Shown here piece by piece: positions 28,700 through 38,818 of a stretch of DNA of 64,000 nucleotides. The notes below the pieces were generated by a model that saw only the letters and a list, made by a program, of their open reading frames with translations, was not told where the DNA came from and did not search any database. Made by a program: the position numbers and the translations under genes. How positions within the stretch are numbered: the stretch's first letter is position 1; every line of letters starts with the position of its first letter. Where the stretch lies: positions 54,878 through 118,877 of the forward strand of contig CAYOTT010000005.1 in assembly GCA_964406965.1 (NCBI GenBank), given 5' to 3'. Source of the stretch: an uncultured Desulfurococcales archaeon. GTDB taxonomy: Archaea; Thermoproteota; Thermoprotei_A; EX4484-217-1.

Positions 28700-30034
28700 T
28701 TAAACTCTAATAAGTGATAAACCATATCCTTTCTTAAGCTTTAACTTCCAGCGCTCCCTAACTCTAATCATACCTTTTCTTCTCATTTCATCAATTATTT
28801 TAGCTAATTTTTCCTGCTTAACCCAGTCTCCATAAACTTTTCCTGAACCATAAATTTTCATTATAAACTTCTTTATTTTATAAGGTATTTTTCCTGGCGG
28901 CGCATTCTCCAAGGGCGAGCCTGGTAATGGAAGGAACGTGTGTGCATGAATTCTAACTCCAAGCTTAACCAATTTCTCCATAAGTTTTATTGATTTTTCA
29001 ACATCTTCCTCTGTTTCATTTGGAAAACCAAATATGAAATCAACATCGACATTAAAACCTGCTTTCACCGCTGCTTCCACCGCTGAAACTACATCCCCAA
29101 CACTATGTCCTCTCCTAAGAATCCTCAGAATTCTTTCGCTCCCGCTTTGCGCACCAATGATTATTTTCCTATTATCAACATGTTTTTTAAGGAGTTTAGC
29201 TAGGTCGAACGTTAAAAACTCAGGCCTTATTTCGCTAGGGAAGGATCCTAGAAAAACTCTTCCACCATACCTTCTCTTTAAGAGACTAAGTGAATCTAAA
29301 AGTTCTACTAAAGAATTAACATTAGGTTTTAATCCGTCAACACTACCGTAAGCTAAAGCATTAGGTATTATAAATCTTAAATCTCTTAGCCCATGCTTCC
29401 AAAATATTTCAGCATATTTCAACACATTACTAATGCTTCGGTGTCTAGGAATAAATCCGTGAATAAATGGCGTTTGACAATAACCGCATTGGAAAGGGCA
29501 GCCCCTGGTTAGCTCTATAGGATTAAACATTCTCCTCCAATAAGGGAATGGAGGATAAGTATCTAATGGGATAGGCTTTGCTCTTCCATTAAAGAAGTAC
29601 TCTCCATTTTCCCTATAGGCTATTCCCGGAATGGAAAATGGATCCCCTTTATCGGCAATTTCACTAATGAATTGGGTAAATGTTTTCTCAGACTCCCCTA
29701 GAAACACTACATCAAATCCTAAGTTTAACGTACCTACAGGATCCCCTGTTGCATGAGGGCCTCCAGCAACTATTATTACATTATTGCCTTTATTTTTTGA
29801 AAGATAAGTTATTAACCATAGGATTTTGTGGAGAAATGTTGTAAGTAAGCTAAAACCTACAATAACCTTCCTATATGCTTTAGCTATGGAAAATAGCTTA
29901 AAGAAGAAATTTTCATTCTCACTAATTAAGAATAAATCAACATTAGAAACCTCAGTATCTATAGCTGATATCAGTGCGTGAACACTGTACTTGCACTGCT
30001 TAGAATAATACAGTGCAACAGCAACATCTTTCAT
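28700..30034 (-). CDS. B12-binding domain radical SAM protein
   Basis: N-terminal B12-binding-like Rossmann region followed by the radical SAM cluster motif TRGCPFQCGYCQ; 444 aa. Confidence 0.75.
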   Translation of the reverse strand: MKDVAVALYYSKQCKYSVHALISAIDTEVSNVDLFLISENENFFFKLFSIAKAYRKVIVGFSLLTTFLHKILWLITYLSKNKGNNVIIVAGGPHATGDPVGTLNLGFDVVFLGESEKTFTQFISEIADKGDPFSIPGIAYRENGEYFFNGRAKPIPLDTYPPFPYWRRMFNPIELTRGCPFQCGYCQTPFIHGFIPRHRSISNVLKYAEIFWKHGLRDLRFIIPNALAYGSVDGLKPNVNSLVELLDSLSLLKRRYGGRVFLGSFPSEIRPEFLTFDLAKLLKKHVDNRKIIIGAQSGSERILRILRRGHSVGDVVSAVEAAVKAGFNVDVDFIFGFPNETEEDVEKSIKLMEKLVKLGVRIHAHTFLPLPGSPLENAPPGKIPYKIKKFIMKIYGSGKVYGDWVKQEKLAKIIDEMRRKGMIRVRERWKLKLKKGYGLSLIRV

Positions 30035-30173
30035 GCTAATTAGGCTAACCTCCGCATAACCGCGTATTACCCGGTATTACCTTAGTACTTATAGTGTTAA
30101 TAAACTAATTGTTAAAACTTAAATATTGTGGCAAAGATAATAGCTAAAGGACAGCCCTTAAGGTGAATTAGCT

Positions 30174-30608
30174 GTGAAGAGAAAAGCTATTTCACCCGTA
30201 ATAGCAACACTACTGCTGATACTAATAGCAATAGCGGCAAGTATACTGGTATACGTATGGGTAACAGGTTATGCTTCTTCGGTGACAGGTGCTGAAACAA
30301 TACAGTTGCAGGAAAGAGTAAAGATAGATGCTGTAAGTGTACCTGATGGATCAGCTAGTAAAAATGTAACAATATATGTAAGAAATATTGGTAATGTTGA
30401 AATAAATGTCACCAGTGCCTATATAATAGACTCCGTTACATCAGAAGTTATGGGATACAACAGTACAAGCCTTAAACTAACCCCGGGAGAAGTAAAGGCA
30501 CTTAACGTAACATTAACAAGTGGTTTAACTTCAGGGAGAACATACGTAGCGAAAGTAGTAACTAAAAATGGCGTTGAAGCAACCTACTCCTTTGTCTATA
30601 GAAAATAG
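30174..30608 (+). CDS. archaeal type IV pilin-like protein (class III signal peptide)
   Basis: N-terminus MKRKAISPVIATLLLILIAIAASILVYVWVTGY is a typical FlaK/PibD-processed class III signal (KRKA|ISPVIATLLLI). The rest is a Thr/Ser/Val-rich beta domain with N-glycosylation sequons; GTG start. Confidence 0.7.
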   Translation: MKRKAISPVIATLLLILIAIAASILVYVWVTGYASSVTGAETIQLQERVKIDAVSVPDGSASKNVTIYVRNIGNVEINVTSAYIIDSVTSEVMGYNSTSLKLTPGEVKALNVTLTSGLTSGRTYVAKVVTKNGVEATYSFVYRK

Positions 30609-30663
30609 TTAGTGAAGATTAATAATTTTTTAAACTTATATTTAAAATTTTTATTAGCTGATT

Positions 30664-32004
30664 TTATGTTAAATTTAAGCTAAGCTTGTTTTGCAAGAAT
30701 ATTGACATTATTTCCTCTAATGTTGGATTACTTAATTCTTTTAGATGATAACTTACTTTTACGAAGGGCTTACTTAAGCTTATGATTTTATGTAGTTTTA
30801 TTGGTGTAGCTAGAATTATTGTTTCCGCCGGAACTTTTTTTAATGTTTCCTCTAAATCTTTTAGTTGTTTTTTGTTATAACCTATTGTTGGTATTACCTC
30901 TCTTAAATGCGAATATTTTGCGTAAACCTCCCTTAAAATACCTACCGTGTATGGTTTTGGGTTAACTATTTTTGCACCTAACTGCTTCGCCGCTATATAT
31001 CCTGCTCCAAAACCCAGTCCCCCATGGGTCACTGTTGGTCCATCCTCTATTATTACGACTCTCCTTCCTTTCACAAGTTCGGGTTTATCTACAGAAATTT
31101 CGGAGGATGCTTTGATTATTGTTGCTTTAGGATTGACTATCTTAACGTTATACACTATTTTTTCTACATTTTCTTTAGGTGCTACGTTTACTTTATTTAT
31201 TATTACTATGTCGGCCATTCTAACATTTATTTCTCCAGGATAGGTTCCTACTTCTTGTCCTGGTCTTAAAGCGTCTGCTACAACAATGTGCAAGTTTGGT
31301 TTAAAGAATGGTATGTCATTGTTTCCTCCATCCCAAAGTATGATGTCTGCTTCTTTTTCGGCTTCCCTTAAAACTTCTTCATAATCTATTCCTGCGTAAA
31401 CAGTTACTCCCATGTCTATGTAGTGTTCATATTCCTCCCTTTCCTCAATGGTGCATCCGTAGTAATCTAAATCCTCATATGTTCTAAATTTTTGAATTCT
31501 CTGTTTGAGAAAATCTCCGTAAGCCATCGGGTGCCTTACTACAGCTACATTAACGCCCTTTTCCTTAAGTATTTTAACTATTTTCCTACTTACCGTACTT
31601 TTACCTGACCCTGTTCTAACAGCGGTAACCGCTATTACAGGTTTAGATGTTTTCAGCATTGTTGATTCAGGTCCAAGAAGCCAAAAGTCTGCACCTGCTG
31701 CTAACACTTCAGAAAATTTATGTCCAACGTCTTCATGTGTTAAATCACTATATGATAGAACAACAACGTCTACCTTATAGTCTCTAATTAGCTTTGCTAG
31801 CATTGATTCAGGATATATTGGTATACCTTCCGGGTATAGGGGTCCAGCTAGCTCTGGAGGATACTTTCTATTTTCAATCCCGGGAATTTGCGATGCCGTA
31901 AAAGCAATTACTTCATAGCCAGGATTGTTTCTAAAGAATACGTTAAAATTATGGAAATCTCTTCCGCCAGCACCCATTATTATAACTTTTTTCCGTTTAG
32001 CCAT
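30664..32004 (-). CDS. cyclic 2,3-diphosphoglycerate synthetase-like P-loop protein (CPGS/COG2403 family)
   Basis: 446 aa with an internal P-loop AVTAVRTGSGKSTV. Overall architecture resembles CPGS-family proteins of thermophilic archaea. Confidence 0.45.
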   Translation of the reverse strand: MAKRKKVIIMGAGGRDFHNFNVFFRNNPGYEVIAFTASQIPGIENRKYPPELAGPLYPEGIPIYPESMLAKLIRDYKVDVVVLSYSDLTHEDVGHKFSEVLAAGADFWLLGPESTMLKTSKPVIAVTAVRTGSGKSTVSRKIVKILKEKGVNVAVVRHPMAYGDFLKQRIQKFRTYEDLDYYGCTIEEREEYEHYIDMGVTVYAGIDYEEVLREAEKEADIILWDGGNNDIPFFKPNLHIVVADALRPGQEVGTYPGEINVRMADIVIINKVNVAPKENVEKIVYNVKIVNPKATIIKASSEISVDKPELVKGRRVVIIEDGPTVTHGGLGFGAGYIAAKQLGAKIVNPKPYTVGILREVYAKYSHLREVIPTIGYNKKQLKDLEETLKKVPAETIILATPIKLHKIISLSKPFVKVSYHLKELSNPTLEEIMSIFLQNKLSLNLT

Positions 32005-32224
32005 GCATATAACCGCTTACGCATTAAGAAAATAATTTACTATATTTTTTATGTTGAAAAAATTCCGTTCAAAAGAAAAATTACAGAATATTTTTCACAA
32101 AAAGAAAGGTGCTACATTAAATATTTTTTCATTGAAGCATTTGACAGCATAAGTCACATGAGCTATTATGAACCATGGACTTACCATTTAATTGAACTAT
32201 TAAAAATTTTACAATGGAAAATGT

Positions 32225-33310
32225 TTAAACAGCCTCCTTCAAGTACTTACCGTACTCGCCGCTCTCCTCTCCTCCAATATCCGGCATTTTCCATCCACTA
32301 GGACATCCTTTTCCAAATCTTATAGGTTTCTTAAGCCTACTGAGCAATACTACTCTACTAGGTATGCTTTCCGAAACTATAGGGTAAGATGATTCCTCAG
32401 CTACTTTTTTAGCAAACTCCCTTACTTCAGCATGTGACGGCATAGCTTCTCTTGGAAGTCTTTTAGTAGAGGCACCAATATGCATATACGCTTTCACTTC
32501 AACATATGTTGGCTGAGCTAATTCTATTAGCTTAGCAAACCCTTTAGCATCTTTATCACTCATGTTTATTCCCTTCATAACAGTTATTCTCATAACTGTA
32601 GGACATGTAAAACTTGGTAGTATTTCGAGAGATTTTAAAGAAAGCTCCCAAGCCCTAGGAGCTAACGGCACATTTAACTTCTGATACATTTCCTTATTCC
32701 AAGCTTCAAATGAAACATATAATTGACTAGGCTCCTCCTCGAGATTAGCTAAAATATCAGGCCTAATAGCTCTAGTTACGACGAAAGTAGTTAGCCCCCT
32801 ACGGTGAAATTCCTGAATAAGCTCTCCAAGTCTAGGATATAGGAGAGGTTCTCCAGTAAGGCTTATTGCTACATGTTTTGGTTCATATGCTTCGTTAAGT
32901 AATTTCTTATTGGCTTTGGGATTACCTTTATATCCTGAGAGAATCCTATACCACTCTCTAAATATTCCTTCAACTATTTCTTCAGGCTCATCTATTACTG
33001 GAAGCCTTGTTTCATCCCATTCTATACCTACATCTTGCGGTCTAAATCTCCAACAGTGAATACATGCATTCCAACACCATAAAATAGCCGGAGACATTTG
33101 AATACATCTATGGCTTTCGATACCATAGAACTTACATTTGTAGCAAAACCTGTTTTCTAGAAGCGCCGCTTTAGACCAATGGCAGATCTTTACGGCGCTA
33201 TGATGCCCAACTATATGGTACTTTTGCTTTCTAAGTATAGCGAAAAGTGCCTTATAGGGATCCTTTTTGGCCTCCTCATAGTTTATCTGAATCCTTTTTC
33301 TTCTAACCAT
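32225..33310 (-). CDS. taw1: tRNA 4-demethylwyosine synthase Taw1 (TYW1, radical SAM)
   Basis: Radical SAM motif CWNACIHCW plus the additional N-terminal cysteine group (CHWSKAALLENRFCYKCKF...C) typical of TYW1/Taw1; 361 aa. Confidence 0.8.
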   Translation of the reverse strand: MVRRKRIQINYEEAKKDPYKALFAILRKQKYHIVGHHSAVKICHWSKAALLENRFCYKCKFYGIESHRCIQMSPAILWCWNACIHCWRFRPQDVGIEWDETRLPVIDEPEEIVEGIFREWYRILSGYKGNPKANKKLLNEAYEPKHVAISLTGEPLLYPRLGELIQEFHRRGLTTFVVTRAIRPDILANLEEEPSQLYVSFEAWNKEMYQKLNVPLAPRAWELSLKSLEILPSFTCPTVMRITVMKGINMSDKDAKGFAKLIELAQPTYVEVKAYMHIGASTKRLPREAMPSHAEVREFAKKVAEESSYPIVSESIPSRVVLLSRLKKPIRFGKGCPSGWKMPDIGGEESGEYGKYLKEAV

Positions 33311-33504
33311 AGCATATCACTTCCTTCTTCACTTACACTTGATACCTACATGTACGAAAATATATATTATTTAGTTGAATAATGTTGAAAAACGTAAAGG
33401 CATCATTTAAACAATGTTTAACTAGGTAACGTACATTACATTGCAAATATTATTATTTACGTTGAGGCATGTGCTTTATAAGGCACCTTCTTAACTAATT
33501 AGTT

Positions 33505-33575
33505 TAGATCATGATGATAGGCGGGCTTACCCGACGTGTAATGGTATGTGAGGAGCGCGGTCGTAACTGAAGCTT
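33505..33575 (+). ncRNA. candidate C/D box sRNA (2'-O-methylation guide)
   Basis: GC-rich 70-nt island in an AT-rich intergenic region. C box AUGAUGA at 33511-33517 and D box CUGA at 33567-33570, spaced 60 nt apart. Internal CCGA/CGAC (D'-like, 33531-33535) and a degenerate AUGGUAUG/GUGAGG C'-like element. No matching UGAUGA on the opposite strand. Confidence 0.45.
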
Positions 33576-34344
33576 AGCTACCATAAATTATCCATTCTTT
33601 CTCTTCACCTTTCTCTACAAGAGAAACCTTCCTATTACTTATGGAAAATATTACGCCCTCAAGAAATCCTTTTAAAAGAAATCCGTCTATTAAAACATTT
33701 TTTATTTTGAAAGTAACATCTCCTGTTTCAACATTAAACCTTACTATATCATAATCTTTTATCCACCCAAATGCTTTAAGAGATTCGAAAGCGAAATGCA
33801 TGAACAGTAAGTTATTGTTAAGATGCTTTAAAAGCTCTTTCCATAGTGTTACAAACTTTTTTCCATACTCAAACCCCATGAAGTACAAGAAAACATCTTT
33901 TGCTTTACCAAACCTCTGAGTTAAACCGTCAAGTATCATATCCCATGTTGACTTAGTGAACATTATTATTGGTTCGAAATGTATTTCAATAGAATAATTG
34001 AAGTCTGGTGTTACAACACTACCTATCCCCCTATGTCCCACGTGAACTTCTACGACATCACTCATTTGACTGATAAGGTTCTTTAATTCCCTCTCATCAA
34101 TACTGGAGTTTGTTAAATCAGCTAAAAAAACCCATGAACCAACTTCTTCGCCTATTTCTACACTGTGTATTCCTGTTAATATCTTTATACCGTGCTTCCT
34201 CAACATATTAGATATTTTGTAGAGAACATCTACTCCAAATCTAAGCCTTAATCCAATAAACGTTAATTTTCTTCTTTCCCTATTCATTACAGTCCTGGGA
34301 ATTCGAACTTTTATTTCAGGTCTTCTTCTAGATTGCGGATTCAA
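33574..34344 (-). CDS. hypothetical protein (possible ACT-like N-domain plus V4R-like C-domain small-molecule-binding regulator)
   Basis: 256-aa ORF; weak resemblance only. Confidence 0.35.
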   Translation of the reverse strand: MNPQSRRRPEIKVRIPRTVMNRERRKLTFIGLRLRFGVDVLYKISNMLRKHGIKILTGIHSVEIGEEVGSWVFLADLTNSSIDERELKNLISQMSDVVEVHVGHRGIGSVVTPDFNYSIEIHFEPIIMFTKSTWDMILDGLTQRFGKAKDVFLYFMGFEYGKKFVTLWKELLKHLNNNLLFMHFAFESLKAFGWIKDYDIVRFNVETGDVTFKIKNVLIDGFLLKGFLEGVIFSISNRKVSLVEKGEEKEWIIYGS

Positions 34345-34435
34345 ACTTTAAACACCTAACATTTAATCATTATCCGTTACTTTAGAGATAAACGTTATCT
34401 CAATATTGTAAATTATATTAAATTATATTAATAGA

Positions 34436-35425
34436 TTATTTAGGCTTCTCTTTCATTAGCGTAAATGGATTAATAGGGCAAGCTACATAATTGCACATAG
34501 CATGTCTTGAAACCCAGAATTGGTAGAAAATAAGCCACCAAACACCATAGCTTCCAATAATCTTAGCCATGTTTAACAGATTACCTGTTAAGTATGATGA
34601 ATAAATGTCGGTAACCATTATTGCGAGAGCTACTGCCCAAACTGGTGCTTCTTGAAGAACAGCTTTTGCTTTGTACTTAAGTAATTTTAGCCCCATATAT
34701 CCAAAACCTAAAGCCCAAGCTGCTACCGCTAAATGTAGTGGTAGATTACTAACGTAATATTTTATTTGAGCTATTGAAATTACTAATAAAGCAGCTAGTA
34801 GCGGAATCATATGTAGCGCATATCTCATAATGTTCCTATAGTATTGTATAATGGCATATGTTGTTGGTAATTCTCCAGAAGTATAGTCATCAAGTCTATA
34901 CATGGCTAATGAAGCTCTATATACGAATCCCACTAGCAATAAGCCTATTAACCACACTAATGTTGGATAGTTTGTAACGGAAAAATACCCCACACTATAA
35001 CTTAGCATGAAACCGAAGACTGCGTAAAATTCATTATGGCTCTCTACATAAAGTTTCGCAGCCCTAATTGCAGCAACGCCTAAAAGTAGAAGCCACCATC
35101 TCTGAGTAAACACTATTATTATCGCTAATGTTGCAGCTAAAATTATCGACATTCGAGACATTTTCTTAGCCTGTTTTTCCGAAACACTTACTTCGCTTCT
35201 AAAAGCTGAAAAACCTCCTTTATCATGTATTACATCTAGCGAGTGCTGGTAAAGCCCTTGAATTATGAGCATTCCGAAAATTCCAGCTATGAAAGCTACC
35301 CATGTGTTTAATGACAGATCACCTAGCTTAGAAAAATACGCTAAGGAGAAGCCTAAGATAGCGGGATACCATGATGTTCTAACTATGACGTCAAGATAAA
35401 TTAGTTTAGCTAAACTCTTGATCAT
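34436..35425 (-). CDS. polytopic membrane protein, UbiA-prenyltransferase-like
   Basis: 8-9 TM helices and an Asp-rich motif LDVIHDKGG in the first cytoplasmic loop; 329 aa. Confidence 0.4.
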   Translation of the reverse strand: MIKSLAKLIYLDVIVRTSWYPAILGFSLAYFSKLGDLSLNTWVAFIAGIFGMLIIQGLYQHSLDVIHDKGGFSAFRSEVSVSEKQAKKMSRMSIILAATLAIIIVFTQRWWLLLLGVAAIRAAKLYVESHNEFYAVFGFMLSYSVGYFSVTNYPTLVWLIGLLLVGFVYRASLAMYRLDDYTSGELPTTYAIIQYYRNIMRYALHMIPLLAALLVISIAQIKYYVSNLPLHLAVAAWALGFGYMGLKLLKYKAKAVLQEAPVWAVALAIMVTDIYSSYLTGNLLNMAKIIGSYGVWWLIFYQFWVSRHAMCNYVACPINPFTLMKEKPK

Positions 35426-35541
35426 AAGATAATCACCAAAATGATAATAATTGCTAACACTAAGTAGTATAGGAAAGCTGTAAGAGTGTTTGGTTCAACA
35501 AAGCCATATCTTTTAGCTCTACGTAACTTCTTTTCGGACAT
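35422..35541 (-). CDS. small single-TM protein, 39 aa (not in ORF track)
   Basis: MSEKKLRRAKRYGFVEPNTLTAFLYYLVLAIIIILVIIL. Its start is 3 nt after the CBS gene stop, and its TGA overlaps the ATG of the UbiA-like gene (ATGA). Confidence 0.3.
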   Translation of the reverse strand: MSEKKLRRAKRYGFVEPNTLTAFLYYLVLAIIIILVIIL

Positions 35542-35544
35542 TGC

Positions 35545-36036
35545 TTAGTGTTCCTCTATTCCAAATATCTTCTTTAAAAGAAACCTTCTTGAAATAATGG
35601 CTTTAGGTTTACCTTCATCATCAACAATTACTACATGAGATATCCTATACTTACTCATTAAATCTATGGCGTCACGTACTTTTGCCGAATCTTTTAATGA
35701 TATAGGGTTTCTCGTCATAATTTCCCTAATAGTTATCTTATCAAGCCTTGGACGTTTAGGAATAGCTAAAAGTCTTAGCCTATATGGAAGCTCTAAACGA
35801 AGAATTTTAAGTAAATCAAGCTTAGTAACTATCCCAACAATTTTACCTTTCCTTCCAACAACTACTGCTGCATCAGCTTTTTGCCTCTTAGCAGCATCTA
35901 TGAATATTTCAACAGGCATGTCTTCTTCAACAGCAATTAAAGGCTGCAATTCCTCTATGTGCTCCCTTAATGTTGACTCAAGAATCTTCTCTATTTCCTC
36001 ACGTTTAACTATGAAGAATGACAAATCGTATCCCAT
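35545..36036 (-). CDS. CBS domain pair protein
   Basis: Two CBS motifs (IVGIVTKLDLL; ISHVVIVDDEGKPKAIISRRFLL); 163 aa. Confidence 0.8.
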   Translation of the reverse strand: MGYDLSFFIVKREEIEKILESTLREHIEELQPLIAVEEDMPVEIFIDAAKRQKADAAVVVGRKGKIVGIVTKLDLLKILRLELPYRLRLLAIPKRPRLDKITIREIMTRNPISLKDSAKVRDAIDLMSKYRISHVVIVDDEGKPKAIISRRFLLKKIFGIEEH

Positions 36037-36098
36037 ATTTTAAAGTTTTTCACCAGTAATTAGTATATTCCCTGAGACCATATATAATATTTCTTAGG

Positions 36099-37277
36099 CT
36101 ATCTTGAAGATTTCAACTTATACTTAAAAACCCTCTTTAAAAGAACAGGAGTACTTAATGAAGTAGCGTAAATTAAAAGTAAAGTGCCAAAGTATAGTTC
36201 TTGCGTTATAGCTCCCATAGTTAAGCCGGTAACGGCTATTACCAAGTCAACACCAGCTCTAGGTATCATACCGATGCCTATGGCTAAAGCCTCCTTCCAT
36301 GTCATGCCTGAAAGTTTTGCCGCTAAGCCGCAGCCCACTATTTTCCCTATAACTCCTAAAGCTACAATAGTTAACCCTATTGTTATAATTCTATAAAGAC
36401 CATTTGATTCCAGAACACTCCATGGATTTAGGAGAATTCCCGCGTAAACGAAGAATAAAGGTGTTATTATAGCTGATAAAAATTCTAATCTATCTCTTAT
36501 AGCACTTGAACCTGGAAGCTCAGATAAAGCTAAACCTATGAAGAAAGCACCAACTAATGGTGAAAGTCTAAAGAAGGCTGAAAGCGTTGCTATAGATAAA
36601 CCCATAATAAATACTGTTGTAAAAGCTGACTCGTGAACTCTAAGTTCTTTAAGGAAATGCCCTATTTCCCAGGAAAATCTATGAGCCATGAAAGCTATTA
36701 GGAAAATAATTAATAAGCCTATAATAATCGGATATAATCCTTCAGCACTTATTTTGTTTTCTAAAACCATAGAGTAAACTAGTGCTAAAACAATTATTCC
36801 ATATATGTCATCGGCTACTGCCGCACCCAAAATAACATGTCCTTCCTTAGTGTGTAAAATGTCAAGTTCCATAAGTGTTCTAACAGTAACTCCAACAGAT
36901 GTAGGAGTTAAAATAGCGCCTAAAAACAGCATGGCTTTAATATCGTAGCCAGCAATGTAAGCATAAGAAAATCCAAGCATAAAACATGCTATTACACCTC
37001 CTAGAGCAACTAAAAGCACTTGAAACCCATACTTTTTAAACTCTGAAATACTGCTTTCAATACCTGCGAGAAAAAGTAAAATAACTATTCCAACCCATGC
37101 TAGAGACTCTATATTTTCTGTCGTCGAAACAAGACTTAAAACTGTTGGACCAACCAAAATTCCTGCAAGAAGGTCTCCGAGAATTGTTGGCTGCCTTAAA
37201 CGGGCCATAATTTCCTCTAATCCCTTTGCCACTAACAGTACTATGGTTATATCGAAAAGTATTAAGGCCTCCCTCAT
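36099..37277 (-). CDS. cation:proton antiporter (CPA2/Kef-type Na+/H+ exchanger family)
   Basis: 392 aa, about 12 TM. N-terminus resembles the other two paralogs in the window (EEILAKLRQPTILGDLLAGILVGP). Confidence 0.8.
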   Translation of the reverse strand: MREALILFDITIVLLVAKGLEEIMARLRQPTILGDLLAGILVGPTVLSLVSTTENIESLAWVGIVILLFLAGIESSISEFKKYGFQVLLVALGGVIACFMLGFSYAYIAGYDIKAMLFLGAILTPTSVGVTVRTLMELDILHTKEGHVILGAAVADDIYGIIVLALVYSMVLENKISAEGLYPIIIGLLIIFLIAFMAHRFSWEIGHFLKELRVHESAFTTVFIMGLSIATLSAFFRLSPLVGAFFIGLALSELPGSSAIRDRLEFLSAIITPLFFVYAGILLNPWSVLESNGLYRIITIGLTIVALGVIGKIVGCGLAAKLSGMTWKEALAIGIGMIPRAGVDLVIAVTGLTMGAITQELYFGTLLLIYATSLSTPVLLKRVFKYKLKSSR

Positions 37278-37410
37278 CTACTATACACCACATCTCTCAA
37301 AATACTTTTTAAACAGAAAATAGGAACATATACGGGTTACTGTAGGGCTTGCATAAACTATAAGGAACCAAGAATTTTCCAGTTCGAAATAACACGTAAA
37401 AATATGAACT

Positions 37411-38586
37411 TCATTCACCCGTTTTTACACTATAAAGATATTTTAATAGTACTGGTGTAAATATTGAAGAAGCATATATTAGAAGCATTGTTCCAAAGAG
37501 GGTTTCTTGACTCACAATGTTTAATGCTATTCCGGTAAAGGCTATTATTGAAGCAACCTCGGCTCTAGGAACCATGCCGACACCTACTATGAGGGCTTCA
37601 CGCCATGAGAAATGAAACATTTTCGCGGTGAATGCGCATCCTATTATTTTTGAGACGAAGCCTATTATAATAAATGTTAATATGTAAGAGAGCGTAATGA
37701 AGCTAAACGTTATTTCTTTAATACTCAATGTTAACCCTACTAGTGCAAAGTAGACCGGCGACATTAAAGCAGTAAGTGCTGAAAGTTTTTCCCTAAAAAC
37801 ATCTATTCCAGGCATTCTAGAAAATGCTAAACCCATGAAAAATGCGCCAACAACAGGGTTCAAATTCATGAAGCCTACGCCTATAGCAACAAAGAGTCCG
37901 TAAATGAAGGTGGTTACGAAGAATGCTTCTTCGGTTTTAAGCTCCCTTATTAGAAATCCTATTTTTGCAGCATGTTTCTCAGTAAAATAATATATCATAA
38001 TTAGTATGCCTAAACCAATGAATGCCGTAGCAACAGTGAAAAACCCTGCTAAACCCTTCCCTCCCACAGCTATTGCATAAATTATTGCCAATACTAGTAA
38101 GCCATAAATATCATCAAAGACGGCTGCACCTACTATTACATAGGCTTCCTTAGTTCCATAGGCGTGAAGCTCCATAAGTGTTTTAATTGTAACACCAACA
38201 GACGTGGCTACGAGAATAGCTCCTATGAATAGCGATTCATTAATAGTATAATGGTAAATTAGCCCTAAAGTGAAACCTGAAATAAAGCTTATAACTACAC
38301 CGCCTAAACCAACTATTGCTCCCATGAGACCGTATCTCTTCATTTTCTTAATGTCAGTTTCGGAACCTGCAAGGAAAAGTAAAGACACTAAACCCAATGT
38401 TGCAATTATTTTAATGGATTCTGTAGGGCTAATTAAGCCTAGTATTGAAGGTCCCAAAATTATTCCTGCAAGAAAATCTCCTAAAACAGGAACTTGACCG
38501 TACTTAGCTAGGATCTCTTCGAAAACTTTAGCTAAAGCAATTATTAACACAATGTTAAACAGTATCATGAGAACTTCAGATTCCAC
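37411..38586 (-). CDS. cation:proton antiporter (CPA2/Kef-type), tandem paralog
   Basis: 391 aa, same architecture (EEILAKYGQVPVLGDFLAGIILGP). Confidence 0.8.
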   Translation of the reverse strand: MESEVLMILFNIVLIIALAKVFEEILAKYGQVPVLGDFLAGIILGPSILGLISPTESIKIIATLGLVSLLFLAGSETDIKKMKRYGLMGAIVGLGGVVISFISGFTLGLIYHYTINESLFIGAILVATSVGVTIKTLMELHAYGTKEAYVIVGAAVFDDIYGLLVLAIIYAIAVGGKGLAGFFTVATAFIGLGILIMIYYFTEKHAAKIGFLIRELKTEEAFFVTTFIYGLFVAIGVGFMNLNPVVGAFFMGLAFSRMPGIDVFREKLSALTALMSPVYFALVGLTLSIKEITFSFITLSYILTFIIIGFVSKIIGCAFTAKMFHFSWREALIVGVGMVPRAEVASIIAFTGIALNIVSQETLFGTMLLIYASSIFTPVLLKYLYSVKTGE

Positions 38587-38818
38587 AACTACATCACCTA
38601 AATTACACTGAAGTATCAGTAAAATTGTGTTAAATTACTTATGCTTTCCGGTTAATGGGGGTTTCAGTAAAAGACACTTTGACTTCATCAGATACCTGTT
38701 TCTCTTTAAAGAAGCGGTATTTAGAAATTCTCTCAATGAAACTGGCCGGTATTGAATTCGTTCTTTACTCATTAAATTTAAAATTGTATTGTGCTAAGAA
38801 GAAAGCTTGGTATTTAAG

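Noticed and set aside
31888-32301. 137-aa plus-strand ORF spanning the CPGS-like/taw1 intergenic region
   Set aside because: It overlaps the ends of two convincing minus-strand genes and the AT-rich promoter region. Its composition is not protein-like.
38616-38691. Second C/D-box-like element on the minus strand (CUGAUGA ... CUGA ... CUGA)
   Set aside because: There are 44 nt between the D'-like and D-like boxes with no C' box, so the spacing is atypical. It also overlaps the promoter region of the antiporter gene. Evidence is weaker than for 33505..33575.
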